A DNA stretch of 64,000 nucleotides from Microbotryum violaceum. Taxonomy: Eukaryota. Under the pieces are notes generated by a model. The model did not search any database. It was not told where the DNA came from and saw only the letters and a list, made by a program, of their open reading frames with translations. The stretch spans positions 2,790,001 to 2,854,000 of the forward strand of contig CDLV01000005.1 of NCBI GenBank assembly GCA_001244265.2, written 5' to 3'. The translations under genes were made by a program, and so were the position numbers. Positions 1-13,574 of this stretch are shown here, one piece after another (within the stretch, counting starts at the first letter, position 1; each line of letters starts with the position of its first letter).

Positions 1-3000
1 ACGCGACGAGCAAATGTAGAGCCATCCCATAAACATGTAAATCTGGTGGCAAATCGAGATTCATTAGTGCGTGTCGTGCAGAGGGACTGTAGTGGATTGC
101 TTACAATGGAAATAAAGAAGGCCGCGATCAGGAAGACCGGAAGAACAATCGAGATGGTGATGATGATCCCAAACACTCCGAGAATTTCGACGCAAAAGAA
201 CATCAAGCAATTCGAGGTGTCCTGGTCGATGGTCTCGACGTCTTTACTGAGTCGGTTGAGAATGCGACCTTGCGGCGTCGAGTCGAAGAATCGGATAGGC
301 GCACGCAGGATTCGAGTCACCAGCATCTCGTAGATGATACGCGACGCGATAATGCCGCGCCACAAGAAGAAGAAAACGCGCCCCCCATACAGAACGAGGT
401 TGATGGCGACAAGAACGCAGTAGATCTTCATCCAATAGTCGGTCGAGTGCTGCTCTTGTGCGAGCAAGCTGATACTCATCCCAGACGACGATGTCGGTGT
501 CCAAAGAAGGCTGTGCTTCACCGTCTGAATGAGGGATGCCCATCGATTGGCCGACATCGCAAGCGTCGACATGATGTGCGCCGAAGTCGAAACGTCGCGA
601 TGGTGGTCGTAGCTCGACGACCACCAACGTAATGCCAGCGACACAGCAATTTCCGATAAGTGCGCAAGGACGAAGAGCGAGAGCGAAACGCACGCGATCC
701 TGAAACCACCCATCGCGCGGAGGTACATAAGGTACACCTTTGCCGACACTGCGCCATCGCTCTTGGTCTCGTCCTTGATGAGTCGTAGCTTTTCCTGTCG
801 CCTGCGGCGGTCCTCTTCCCGCTCAGCAAGCACTACCGCGTCGGTCTCGCCTTCGGCAATGGCTTCGATCAGAACCTGGGACTCGTTCTCGTTCGAGGTC
901 TTGATGTGAGACGAGTCCGGATCGAGCTTGGCGATAAAGTCATCCCCGAGTGAGATCTCGGCCGGCGAACCTACCGAGATGACGGAACCAGCGTCCATCG
1001 ATACGACATACGAGGCCACGGGGAGGCATAAGTCGACGGCATGCGTGACGAGCACGATCGTGCGGTGGCGCATAAGCGGACCCTTGAAACACTTGTTAAC
1101 AAGATGCTGCGCCGTGTGCGAATCGACAGCGCTCAGCACATCGTCACCCAGAATGGTGCGAGCCGGCGAATAGACTGCGCGCGCGAGGGCACTGCGGAGG
1201 TGTGGAGTGAAAGACCTGTCAATCAATCGTGTTCATATTAAGGTCTTCGAAGTGGCAAGACCTACAGTCGAGCCTTTTGTCCACCACTCAGCACGGTGCC
1301 CTTCTCGCCCACCTCGGTGTCCTCGCCGAGCTCGAACTGCTTCAAATCCGGGTTGAGCGCACACGCTTCGAGCACGTCCTTGTATCGCCGCTCGTTCATC
1401 GGCGAGCCAAACAGGATGTTGTCGCGGATCGTCGCACTCATCAGCCACGGCGATTGCGCCGCATACGCCGTCGTATCGGTCAGGATCGCCGGATCCTCCC
1501 CCGTCGAGCGTCCGACGGGCGAAGGCAGGAACGCGCTACCCGACAGCTGGTTCGTCTCGCCGAGCAGCGACATGAGCAACGTGGTCTTGCCGCTCCCAAC
1601 GGGCCCCAAGATGATGGAGAACTTGCCAACGGGGAAGGAGAGGTTCAGGTCACGGATGCGGAACACGGACAGATCCTCCCTCGCCTCAGCCTCGTCGGCC
1701 CAGGTGAAGCTCGCCGAATCGGTGAAGCCTACGATGGGGTCCGAACCCGTGCGCGGCTCCTTGACAACCGCATACTTGGCCGTCTCTTGTTCGTTGAGGA
1801 AATCATCAATACGCTTGAGCGAAACATGAGCTTGGAGGACGGAGACCACCATGTCCGGAAAACCCTCGAGAGGGCCTCGCAGCACGTTGAACAACGACAA
1901 GGCGGTAAAGGCGTCCGAAGCAGTGAGCTCCCGTTTGAGAACTTTGGTTTGGCATACGAAAGTGGCGAGTGAGACAATGACGGGCGCTCCGTTGAAGATC
2001 AAGCTTGACGACACCATGACCATGGCCCGGGACCAAAGGGCGTCGAGCTCCTTCATTCGAGTGACGTGCATCATCGCAAGGAACTTTTCTTCCCATGCAA
2101 AGTACTTGACGATCCGCACGGATGTGATCACCTCGGTCGCCAGACTGATTCGAGCATCCGCTGCGGCAAGAAGCTTCGTCTGGAACTGGTTGAAACGGCG
2201 AGCGAGGTAGGTTTGGATCGGGACTAGCGTGACGAGGACGATGACTCCGGCCATGGCAGCCCAACCCAGCACTTGGAAGAGGAGAATCACGATGATTATG
2301 ATTTCGAGACTGAGATCAGGGAAGATGAAGTGCAGGTACGACGACACCTCGGAGATGCGGAACGTGTCGATGGCAATTAGGTTGAGAATCTTGCCCGACG
2401 ATGCACGCTCGAGTTCCTCTTCAATCTCTTTGAGCTCGGGCTCGTCGCCATGATTCTTTGCTTCACCGGTCTTGTCCTCGGAAGCGTCTTCTTGAGACGA
2501 TCCGGCCAGGTCCTTGCGTCGCAAAGCCTTGGTGAAGATTTCGCCAATGAGGACCGAACGGAGTCGGATTCCGATACGACGTCCGATGTAGAGCGCCTGA
2601 CTCCCCGACACGGTCGATATAAGCTGGCTGAAAAACATGCCAGTGGCAAAGAGTAAAGCTACATGTACGGGTGCTTCCTCACCACGGCTGCGTTTGGCGA
2701 TCTCGTTGAGCAACCCGCGCAGGAAGAGCGAGGGGATCGCGCGCGAAAGAGCCGTGATCAAGGCCCACAACTGCTGGGCCATGAGCAACTTCCGAAAGTG
2801 GAAGAGCAGTTTGACAGTCATGCCAAGCGAATGCGCTCTTTTGGGGAAGCTACGTCCGAGGTGGCCGCAGTCGCGTCGAAAGTTCAAAACGACACGCGCA
2901 GTTTGGTCGTCAGGTCGCAGGTCCGGGATATCGTCGCGCTGGATCGTGGTGCGAGCATGGCGAAAGAGAAAGCCCCCAACGTAGGAGAATGTCAGAAGCG

Positions 3001-4455
3001 AATAAAGCGAAGCGTTGAGTTCATGCGAAGGCGGGAGATTCCCCGACTCTGCCGAGGAACGGTTGTGTTTTGCCGACCTCGATGTGAAGCGGGAGGGCCG
3101 CGGCCAGAAGATCTCCACGGCCGTCATGGCGAGTGTTAGAGCGAAAAGCGCGACCTCAATCCTGATCTCACGCATCGTCGAGGGCCTTGACGAGGTGAGC
3201 GCATCGTAAACATCTTGGAAGGCGATCACCTGGTACACGAGCAACCACGGGATGAGGTTGAGCTCGAGGAAAGTATAGACGCGCGGCAGGCCCCGATGCG
3301 GTCGCTTAGGAGCTTGCAGCGACCCGAGCTTGCGCGAGACCGAGATCGCGAGCTTGATCAGACTCAGCAGCGTCATCCAGCTCTGAAAAGAATCCGATTC
3401 AGGAGAAGTCAGCGACCTGGATCCGGGGTACGGTGAACCCAAGACTGGCCTACTCACCCACGTCGTAATACCAAAGAGAAGCCAGTTGGCGCCGTCGTCC
3501 GTCGCAGCCAGCATCTTGACCACGGATAGGCCTAACACGCCCGCCGCGCCCAGCAGCCCAAGCACATCCTTCTTGTTGCTCCAAATTGCCGACGCGACCA
3601 TGCTCGCGCCCAGCTGGAGCGTCGCTCGTTCGAGCTCCTCGTCCTCGTCATCGATTGCCGATGGGGATCCCGTCTCGCCGCTAGCGTGTCTAGTTCTTTC
3701 GCACTCAGATCGGGCGACTCGTCTCGGACGACGGCGAGGATGACCTCGTTCTCGGCTTCGGTGATCGCGGACAAGCCGGCGCGCTTGATTTCCTGCGAGG
3801 CGATCGAGGACCTTCGTCGGCGCTGTGGGGCCCGGTCTCGGCTGGAGGACACGGCCTCCTTATTTCGGGCACGACGGCGCGAAATGATAAGGTAGAGGTG
3901 GAAGAGCGTGATGAACAAGGTCGACAGAAGCGAGATCGAGAGACAGGCTAGGGGGATCAGGCCGTCGATCGTCCTGGGGGAAGATAGGGGTCACAGGGGT
4001 TCAAGGTCAGTGAGGTGATCATGTCTTCAAAAACAGCTCCAAAACTGTGGTTGTTTTCGAAAGCGTTTGGTCAAGAGTAGCAGATGTTTGGCTCCAGCCA
4101 ACTCGGAACATAGCTTTTATCGCAACTCCAAGAATAGCAGCGGAGCTATGACTTGACTCAGCCGCGACGAGCCGATGGAGCATGTCTCACGCATCGTTGG
4201 AATCGACCGCCTGACCCAATGCACATTAAAGCTGGCTACAAACCGTTGGTATTGATGCACAATCCCGACTCTTCTCAACACCGGCCGAGCTCAGGGGCGA
4301 TGAGAGTTCGACGCTCTCGCAAGTAGCATTGGGTGAGCAGCTCACCTTCTCAAAAAGCACACAGAGAACTCGCGACCATTCCAATACGGCGCCGAGTCAT
4401 TTTGGCACCACCCATCACTTGAGGAGGGGTAGTTGAACGTGAGTTGCGAATCCAT
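1..4455 (-). CDS. ABCC/MRP-type ABC transporter (Ybt1/Ycf1-like), copy 1; 3' end runs off the window; apparent 1-nt frameshift near 3678
   Basis: Exon 1 at 4455-4346 (MDSQLTF...WNGREFSVCFLRR, GTGAGC donor), acceptor before 3973. ORF 1262-3601 has TMD1, Walker A GPVGSGKT and signature LSGGQKARL. TMD2 motif RFFDSTPQGRILNRLSKD near 240-300. One C is missing relative to copy 2 (CTCGCCGCTAG vs CTCGCCCGCTAG). Confidence 0.9.
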
Positions 4456-5026
4456 TCAGCAGCTGCACGGCGACGGCGGAGCGGAAGCGCGGAGCCGGTA
4501 ACGGTTTGAGATACGCGACCCAGATGAGGCCCGAGCGCACGCGAAGTGGGGGTCCACGTGTTTGAGGATCGAGTCGGCTTGGTCTCGGACAGTACTTTTC
4601 GGAAGTCGAGAGAGGATCGCTGGTGGTTATGAGCAAATGTTGGCGGAGAGCAAGACGCTAGCTAGAGGGGTACACAAATCCCTCTCTGCGTTTGCCGTCG
4701 GAGTTGCCGACCTAGGTTTTAGATGGCTGCGAACGAGCGAGTCAGGGCCGTCGGCGCGTCCGTTCACCGCGTGGTGTTACCGCGCGAGTCAGGTCTAGTC
4801 AAGCCCTGTGAGCGCGTGGTTCGCTCTGTGGACCGGACCACAGACGCACATGTGGGTGGTGCCTTGCTCCGACTCGGATGTGGTGCATACATGGGAACCA
4901 TGGACAAGCAGCCCTGGTGAATGGCGACCTACCTACATAGCTATATATGCAGGTAGCTAGTAAGGACCTTGAATATACGCATTTTCGACTACCGCACCGA
5001 GCATCTCGGCGGGGCAATGGCTGACG

Positions 5027-7416
5027 GCAGCTGCAGACCCCAGCCTGGGTCGAGTTCATTTCTGAAAATCACGCGTTTTCTGTTCTTGCGGTTTAGTGTC
5101 GGTTTAGGCATTTTGAAATGAACGCCCTGCGCACGTGTCCAATTTAGCTTGCCTCTGATCAAAGTTGATCGATGCATCTCAAGAGGCACTTCTCAGCGCG
5201 TCAATCCGCGCTCACTCGAACTATCGTTCTCAACTCCTCACGATGGTCCTCAAAAGCGCTATTCAATGGCAACGTGATGATGGTCGCGTCGAGATCGAAG
5301 AAACGGAGAGGGATCTTCAAGAACTTTTATCCCTCAACCAATCCATTCTGCTGGAGATTGATACGGGGATGGAGTTCGACTTGTTGTCGGACGCGATGGA
5401 CACGGACTCCGACGCGTCGTTGCCTCCAGCCTCTTTCTCACCGTCGGAAGACCTGCGATCCGCCAATGTTACCAACGGCACACCAAATCGCTCCTCTATC
5501 CCGGAAACTCCACTGGTTGATTCTTGGCTTTGCCAATTCTGCCCCGAATCGTCCGAAGTGTCCGACGACCGGTCTGACGTTCTTGACAGGCTGAGGACGT
5601 TCCGCACCAATCACTTTCGCATGAACTACCGCTAATACAGGCCCTTTGGGACCACCTAGAGATGTTGCTCCGCAAATAAGAAGAACTCGCGGGACAACGC
5701 TACGCGAATCGGGCAAAGAACTACGCCGGCAGAGGACCCGGCCACGGGCTGATGAGGTGTTTGGATGTGGAGCGGGGTCATTGATCGTCTCGAGGTTGGC
5801 GGGAGACGTGAGACCTTGACCGGTTTCACCCAGCTGTTCACGAGCCTTCCTGTACTTTGCTTTCTCTCTGCAGCGGGTGTTCGACTATATCAGCTCTTGC
5901 CGGACCAGACGTCTGATTCAAGCTGGGGAATTACCGTTTCCACCATCCTATTGCGCGTTCGATAATAATTCTCTTCACAGGCCGGCCCGAGGTGTGGGCC
6001 TTCGCGTCGGGGCTAAAGAAATGCGCCATGTCCGGGCGCTCGCTGTACACCCCTTCCATCATCTACAATAGGTCAAACGAGAAGACGCGTACCGAGAGAT
6101 CGACGTCGGATGCATGCGAGTTGGCAACTCAAGACTTTACCTCAAACAACGCGTTGTCGCGCTTCTTGTTGTAGATGGGGTTGCGCTTTCCCTTTTCGGT
6201 CGCCGGAGCGTGTTTAGTTAGGGTGGCCGCGATGTTGTGTTGTTTGAGAAACTCGAAGTAGAGCGGCGCGTCGGAATCTAACCTTGCGGGAAAGTTTTCC
6301 GATTTCGACGACTTCGTCAATGGGGTCGGGGAAGACGTTTTGGCCGGCGGAGTTGTTTTGGTCCGCTTCGAGGTTTGCGACGAGTTCAGACTCTGTCGCT
6401 TCTCAGACCCCTTGCGAACCTTGGTCTTGGCTTCTGAGGTTCGCCTGGACATTTAAACATTGCAAGCTTCCGTCAGCTCTTTGCTTGATACACGCCAGTA
6501 CGATAACCGATACATACTTTTGACGGGGAAGGGGCGCCCTCCGAGGATAAGGACGACGAGAGGGGCCTGTTGCTTTGACGCGCCGGGACGGGCCGTTGCC
6601 TTGCTTGCAGCATATTCGAGGGTACCCGTTCTGGGAGCAGTTGTAGAGCGGCGAGACGTGAGTTTAAGTGCCCACCCTCCCAGGTGCAGAATCACAGCGA
6701 AGCGAGCTCACACTTGGTCGGCTGCGAACGACGTGTGGACGACGTCGCGTTGGGTCGCGTCCGCTTTGCTTTCAGATGGGTATCGCGTCGCGATCTTGGA
6801 GGCGAAGGTGATGAAGAATCAGCAACGCTAGACGATCGAGTGCGCATTCTAGGTTAAGAATGGGCCTTCCGTGAACGAAGAAAATGTTCCAATAGTGCAA
6901 AAGTGAAGTGTGGTGAATTGCTGAGGGGTGGTTGTTCGAGCTCAAGAACAGTCGGGCGCGTCGACGCGCGAGACGGTCTTCCCACTGCTGGGGTGGGAAT
7001 CAGCACCTATCAGCACCGAAAACAACGCGCCATCATATACACAAGTCCACTTTTTTCTAAATAATAAAATATAAGATGGGAATAACATTCTCAGTTGGTC
7101 TAGGACGCATGAGAGTGTATTGAGGAATATTATAAGTCTGTTGTCACTGCATTGACTCTGAGGCTGTGATTCATTATATGGCTGGCTCGAGTTTGGACGC
7201 CGCGGGACCTTAAACCGTTGCTTAAACCGCGTTAAACCTGCTCGCGAGCAGGTTTAACGCGGTTTAAGAGCGGTTTAAGAGCGGTTTAAGGCGGTTTAGC
7301 AACGGTTTAGTAGAAGCGCGCGCGTCGCTAAACCGGATTAAACCGCTCTAAACCGCTCTAAACCGGTCGCGCGCGAAGAAATGAACTCGACCCTGCAGCT
7401 GGCAGGCTGCAGCTGC
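5027..7416. mobile_element. Decayed TIR DNA transposon (~2.4 kb), possibly PIF/Harbinger-like, with two convergent ORF remnants
   Basis: Perfect 17-bp inverted repeat GGGTCGAGTTCATTTCT (5047-5063) / AGAAATGAACTCGACCC (7377-7393), plus outer GCAGCTGCAG (5027-5036) / CTGCAGCTGC (7407-7416). CGGTTTA/TAAACCG motifs lie inside both ends. The + ORF remnant 5165-5635 ends in FRMNYR, weakly like a Harbinger nuclease N-terminus, and a basic - ORF lies at 6129-6452. No TSD identified. Confidence 0.55.
7211..7365. repeat. Array of ~13 TAAACC(G)/(C)GGTTTA motifs at ~10-11 bp spacing, containing a perfect 48-bp palindrome (7221-7268)
   Basis: CTTAAACCGCGTTAAACCTGCTCG|CGAGCAGGTTTAACGCGGTTTAAG, followed by further CGGTTTA copies and four TAAACCG copies. 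Confidence 0.9.
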
Positions 7417-7734
7417 TGTTCTTCGCGGGCTCGGCGGAATCTCTGCTCGATTTACGGCGGCTGAAGTCTCCTTCCATGACAGATGACAGGGGCTAGATGA
7501 AGCAAAAATTATTCCCAGCACAAATTTTAGGTCGTTGAGTAAAGGCTGCCCGAGTCGAAACTGCTCGCTCACCACTGGTTACCACAATGGTAAATAAGAG
7601 GGCCCGGGCAATCAGTTTTAAGATGACTTATATCCCCTGGCTCGCCGCCCTATCGGTAAAAGTCCCGGGGCATGCTGACACAATATTCCCAGTTGATGAC
7701 TGGAGCTCCAATGTTATATTGCATTCGCCGGGCT

Positions 7735-10700
7735 CTATTTGTTCGCCTTGCCCTCCGCCATGGCCTTGAGCTCATCGAAGTCACCTGATCTGCGACACAG
7801 ATCGGCAAAGACCGACTTCTTGTCGTTGAGTAGATTTGCGGGTGTGTCAAATTCAAGCACCTCACCCGATCCAAGAACCAGGATCTTGTCAAATTCGATG
7901 ATCGTCTGTGCGCATGAGTATGAAAACATCAGTCGGTTGCTCGTATCTTCCTAATCCGGCTCGTGCAAGGAACGCTTACTTTGAGCCTATGCGCGATACA
8001 CAAGATGGGCATCCGACATCTGCTCCCGGATTGTCGTCTGGATATGCTCATCCGTCGCTTGGTCGAGTGAGGCCGTCGACTCGTCCAACAAGAGGATGTT
8101 GGACGTGCGCAGCTTCAGGATACCTCGGGCCAGAGCCAGCAGTTGCCGTTGGCCGGCGCTGAAGTTCTTGCCGCCTTCACTGACTTGCATGTCCAGTGAC
8201 TTGACGATGTTGCGTTCGAGCCCTTCCACCGGTGTCACGGTCGCAGTCGCATCGTCAGATCCATCTGACTGCCCGGAGCCATCCTCCGTCGGACTCGCCG
8301 CTCGACTCGGGCCAGCGGGCGTTGCAGCGGGCGTCGGCTTCGGGGTCAACGGTGCGGCCATCTGCACGCGGCGCAACGCGTCCCACACGTCACTATCCTC
8401 GAACTGCTCAAACGGGTCGAGGTTGAACCGGATCGTGCCCGCGAACAGCGCACTCTCCTGCGCGACGATCGTCAGGCGCGATCGAAGATCCGAGAGGTTG
8501 AGCTTGGCAATGTCGAGGCCGTCGACGACGATGCGGCCCGAGGTCGCCTCGATAAAGCGGAAGAAGCACAAGCCCAGTGTTGATTTGCCCGAGCCTACAG
8601 TGGAGGCGATAGATTGAGGATCAGTTCAAAGTGGATGATTGGGATCTCCAGTCAGCGTCAACACTCACCCGTCCGGCCACAGATACCGATCTTCTCCCGG
8701 GGCGCGACCGAAAAGCTGACGTTCTTGAGCACTGGAGGCAAATCAGACGAGTACGTCGCCGTGAGGTTCTCGACCGTGATCGTGCCATCGCGAGATGGCC
8801 AGACCGCAGGCGGAGACACGCCATCCAGCTTCTCTTGATCGACCTCGAGGTACTCCTGTACTCGTTCGATCGAGTTGGCGTTGATCTCGACCATCGACCA
8901 CAGGCGCACTGCCCACAGGATCCGGTCCATGAACGACATCGTGAACGACAAGATGAAGCCCGCCGCACCGGCATCAATGCTAGGCGTGAGCAAGATCAAC
9001 ACCGCAGCCGCGACGGTGATACCAATGCCGGCGACGTCGACGCGGAACGAGAGCCACCTGTTGGCCTGCCACATCGCGAGGAAGGGACGGTTGTTGAGGT
9101 CGACGAGCTTGAAGATGTTGCGCATGAAGCGCGTGCCGTCGCCGAACGCGCGGATCGTGCTCACGCCGGTGAGCGACTCGCCAAAGATGGAAAAGATCGG
9201 CGACTTGGACGCTGAATCGAATCGGTTCAGCTCACGCGACGAGCAGATGTAGAGCCATCCGACCAAAGCAAAAATCTGATCGAGTGCCATGATGTGAGCA
9301 AGTACTCTACGTGACTAACGCTAACAAACCTCCACTCACAATGGAAATAAGGCAACTCGCCAATAAGAAGCCCGGGAGCACGACCGTGACCGTGATGATG
9401 ACCCCAAAGACGCCCAGTACCTCAAGAAGGAGAAACATCAACGAATTTGCTGTCTGTTGATCGATGACTTCCACGTCCTTGCTCAACCTATTGAGAATGC
9501 GACCTTGTGGCGTTGAGTCGAAGAAGCGGATAGGGGCTCTCAGAAGTCTTGTAACCAGCGATTGGTAAATGACGCGGGAAGCAATTACGCTGCGCCAAGA
9601 AAAAAAGGCGAAGCGAGCACCGGAGAAAACGAGGTTGATGACCGCCATCGTGCAGTACAATCTCATCCAGTAATCTGTTGAGCGTGTTTCTTAAGAGCCA
9701 ACTCCTTCACTCTTAGCGCTGGGTAGATTTATCGGACTGTGCTCGCTGTATCGAGCTACATGGTTCCAACGATTGGTTTCGATGTCATGAAGGTGATCGT
9801 AACTTGAGGACCACTCCCGCAGAGCGTACGCGACTCCGACCTCGGCAGCCTGCGCTATGACGAACAACGAGAGCGACACGCATGCGATCTCGAATCCGCC
9901 CATCGCGCGGAAGTACATCAAGTACGTCTTCGGCGCGACTGCGCCTTCTAATTGGGTCTCGTCCTTGATGAGGCGCAGACTTTCTTGTCGCCGTCGATAC
10001 TCATCGTCGCACACTGCCGCAACCGCCGCATCCGTTTGGCCCTCCGCAATGGATTCGATCGAAACTTGCGATACATTGTGATTTGAAGCCTTCGGATCGA
10101 GCTTGGCGATGAATTCCTCTTCGAGTGAGATCTCGGTCGGCGACCCTACCGAGATGACGGAACCAGCGTCCATCGATACGACATACGAGGCCACGGGGAG
10201 GCACAAGTCGACGGCATGCGTGACGAGCACGATCGTGCGGTGGCGCATAAGCGGACCCTTGAAACACTTGTTAACAAGATGCTGCGCCGTGTGCGAATCG
10301 ACAGCGCTCAGCACATCGTCACCCAGAATGGTGCGAGCCGGCGAATAGACTGCGCGCGCGAGGGCACTGCGGAGGTGTGGAGTGAAAGACCTGTCAATCA
10401 ATCGTGTTCATATTAAGGTCTTCGAAGTGGCAAGACCTACAGTCGAGCCTTTTGTCCACCACTCAGCACGGTGCCCTTCTCGCCCACCTCGGTGTCCTCG
10501 CCGAGCTCGAACTGCTTCAAATCCGGGTTGAGCGCACACGCTTCGAGCACGTCCTTGTATCGCCGCTCGTTCATCGGCGAGCCAAACAGGATGTTGTCGC
10601 GGATCGTCGCACTCATCAGCCACGGCGATTGCGCCGCATACGCCGTCGTATCGGTCAGGATCGCCGGATCCTCCCCTCCCCCGTCGAGCGTCCGACGGGC

Positions 10701-13574
10701 GAAGGCAGGAACGCGCTACCCGACAGCTGGTTCGTCTCGCCGAGCAGCGACATGAGCAACGTGGTCTTGCCGCTCCCAACGGGCCCCAAGATGATGGAGA
10801 ACTTTCCAACGGGGAAGGAGAGGTTCAGGTCACGGATGCGGAACACGGACAGATCCTCCCTCGCCTCAGCCTCGTCGGCCCAGGTGAAGCTCGCCGAATC
10901 GGTGAAGCCTACGATGGGGTTCGAACCCGTGCGCGGCTCCTTGACAACCGCGTACTTGGCCGTCTCTTGTTCGTTGAGGAACTGATCGATACGGCCCAAG
11001 GACACGAGCGCCTCAAGTATTTGTTTGCTAATGTGAGGGACTGTCTCGAATGGTTGCCGAATGAGATTGAAGAGGGAGAGGGCGGTGAAAGCGTCGGACG
11101 CTGTGAGATCTCGTCCCAAAACTTTGGTATGGAACAAGAAGGTGACGAGCGACACAATTATTGGAGAACCGTTGAAGGTGATGTCTGCTACCGCCATCAT
11201 GACAGCTCGCGACCAAAGAGCGTCGAGCTCTTTCCTGCGGGTTACGTCCATCATCCGGAGGAACTTCTCCTCCCACGCGAAGTATTTGAGGATGCGCACC
11301 GAAGCAATCACTTCGGTTATCAGGGATATCCTAGCATCAGCGGCAGCGAGCAAGGCACTTTGGAAGTGGTTGTAGCGACGACCTAGATATGTTTGAAGCG
11401 GAATGAGAGCGATGAGGACCGATACTCCGGCAACGGCGGCCCACCCCAAGAGGTTGATTAGAAGGAGGATGGCGATGATGATGGTAAGGCTGAGATCTGG
11501 GAAAACGTAGTGCAGATTGGCCGACACCTCGGAAACGTGGAATGAGTCGACCGCGATGAGGTTGAGAATTTTCCCGTTCGAGGCCCGGTCAAGTTCTTTC
11601 GCGTCTGGCGAGTATCCGTCTTCGACGGTCGGTGGATCCGACCATTCAGCCGATCTAGATTGAGCGACGGAGGCTCCGGCTAGATCCCTACGTCGAAGCG
11701 CTTTTGTGAAGATTCCGCCGATCAGCACCGATCGTACGCGAATGCAGACGCGTCGTCCGTTGGCCAGCGCTTGGCTAGCTGCCACGGTCGCTAGGAACTG
11801 GCTGAAGAACATCCCAATGACGAAGAGCAGGGCAACGTGAAGAGGAGCTTCCTCGCCGCGATTCCGTTTGGCGATCTCATTCAACAGTCCACGCAGGAAT
11901 AGCGAAGGGACCGCACGAGACAAAGCCGTGAGCAGTGCCCAGCCCTGCTGAACGATCAAGGGGTAGCGGAAATGGAAGAGTAGTTTGGTCGCCATGCCGA
12001 AAGATCGTGCCCGCTGCGGCAAGATGCGCAAGAGAAGAGAGCAATCGCATCGGTACTGAAGCATCCGCCTTGCAGTTCGATCGTCGGGGTCCAGGTTTGG
12101 GATGTCCTCGGCTTTTATCGTGGTCCGAGTGTGGCGCAACAAGAAGCCATCCAGATAGCCAAGCACCATGCGCGAGAATAGTGACACATTGTTTTCAAGT
12201 GGGGCCGAGGGATGTCGCACCCCTTTCAAGGTCGAAGAGGAGCGCGTTGGCCTAGGCGAAAACATCTCCACGGCCGTCATGGCGAGTGTTAGAGCGAAAA
12301 GCGCGACCTCAATCCTGATCTCACGCATCGTCGAGGGCCTTGACGAGGTGAGCGCATCGTAAACATCCTGGAAGGCGATCACCTGGTACACGAGCAACCA
12401 CGGGATGAGGTTGAGCTCGAGGAAAGTAGAGACGCGCGGCAGGCCCCGATGCGGTCGCTTAGGAGCTTGCAGCGACCCGAGCTTGCGCGAGACCGAGATC
12501 GCGAGCTTGATCAGACTCAGCAGCGTCATCCAGCTCTGAAAAGAATCCGATTCAGGAGAAGTCAGCGACCTGGATCCGGGGTACGGTGAACCCAAGACTG
12601 GCCTACTCACCCACGTCGTGATACCAAAGAGAAGCCAGTTGGCGCCGCCGTCCGTCGCAGCCAGCATCTTGGCCACGGATAGGCCTAACACGCCCGCCGC
12701 GCCCAGCAGCCCAAGCACATCCTTCTTGTTGCTCCAAATTGCCGACGCGACCATGCTCGCGCCCAGCTGGAGCGTCGCTCGTTCGAGCTCCTCGTCCTCG
12801 TCATCGATTGCCGATGGGGATCCCGTCTCGCCCGCTAGCGTGTCTAGTTCTTTCGCACTCAGATCGGGCGACTCGTCTCGGACGACGGCGAGGATGACCT
12901 CGTTCTCGGCTTCGGTGATTGCGGACAAGCCGGCGCGCTTGATTTCCTGCGAGGCGATCGAGGACCTTCGTCGGCGATGTGGGGCCCGGTCTCGGCTGGA
13001 GGACCCGGCCTCCTTATTTCGGGCACGACGGCGCGAAGTGATAAGGTAGAGGTGGAAGAGCGTGATGAGCAAGGTCGATAGAAGCGAGATCGAGAGACAG
13101 GCTAGGGGGATCAGGCCGTCGATCGTCCTGGGGGAAGATAGGGGTCACGGGGGAGCAAGGTCAGCTAGTAGATCGGATGAGTCTCAGGTTTGACAGCCCG
13201 CTCGAAGTGGTCGACAACATGAGTGAGCTTAACCCATACGATCGGTTGTAAGTTGAGTGCAGGGGTCACTCCGAAGGCCGGCTCCGAAACCAACGCTGTC
13301 GCTATGACGAGGTCGCAATGTGGTTCCACAGGTCATACATCACGTCGCGTTTCCGTTTCCGAGACAAATCACCGTGCCTTCACTTGTCGATCTTGATGTC
13401 TTGAAACAGACGTCTCCGCGGTCGAAAATGCCTTGGGTGTGCAGAATGCTCGAGGGCTGCTCACCTTCTCATGAAGCATCGAGAGAATTCACGACCATCC
13501 CAATGCGGTGTCGAGTCGTTAACACACCACGCATCACCATTGACCCGTGTGTTGAAGGTAATCTGGCCATCCAT
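7735..13574 (-). CDS. ABCC/MRP-type ABC transporter, copy 2 (full length; apparent 5-nt frameshift at ~10671-10680)
   Basis: Exon 1 at 13574-13465 (MDGQITF...WDGREFSRCFMRR|GTGAGC). TMD1 and NBD1 (GPVGSGKT, LSGGQ), TMD2, then NBD2 (GRTG-SGKS, FSAGQRQLLALAR, LLLDESTAS). Stop after AEGKANK at 7735. A CTCCC duplication relative to copy 1 breaks the frame in NBD1. Confidence 0.92.
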
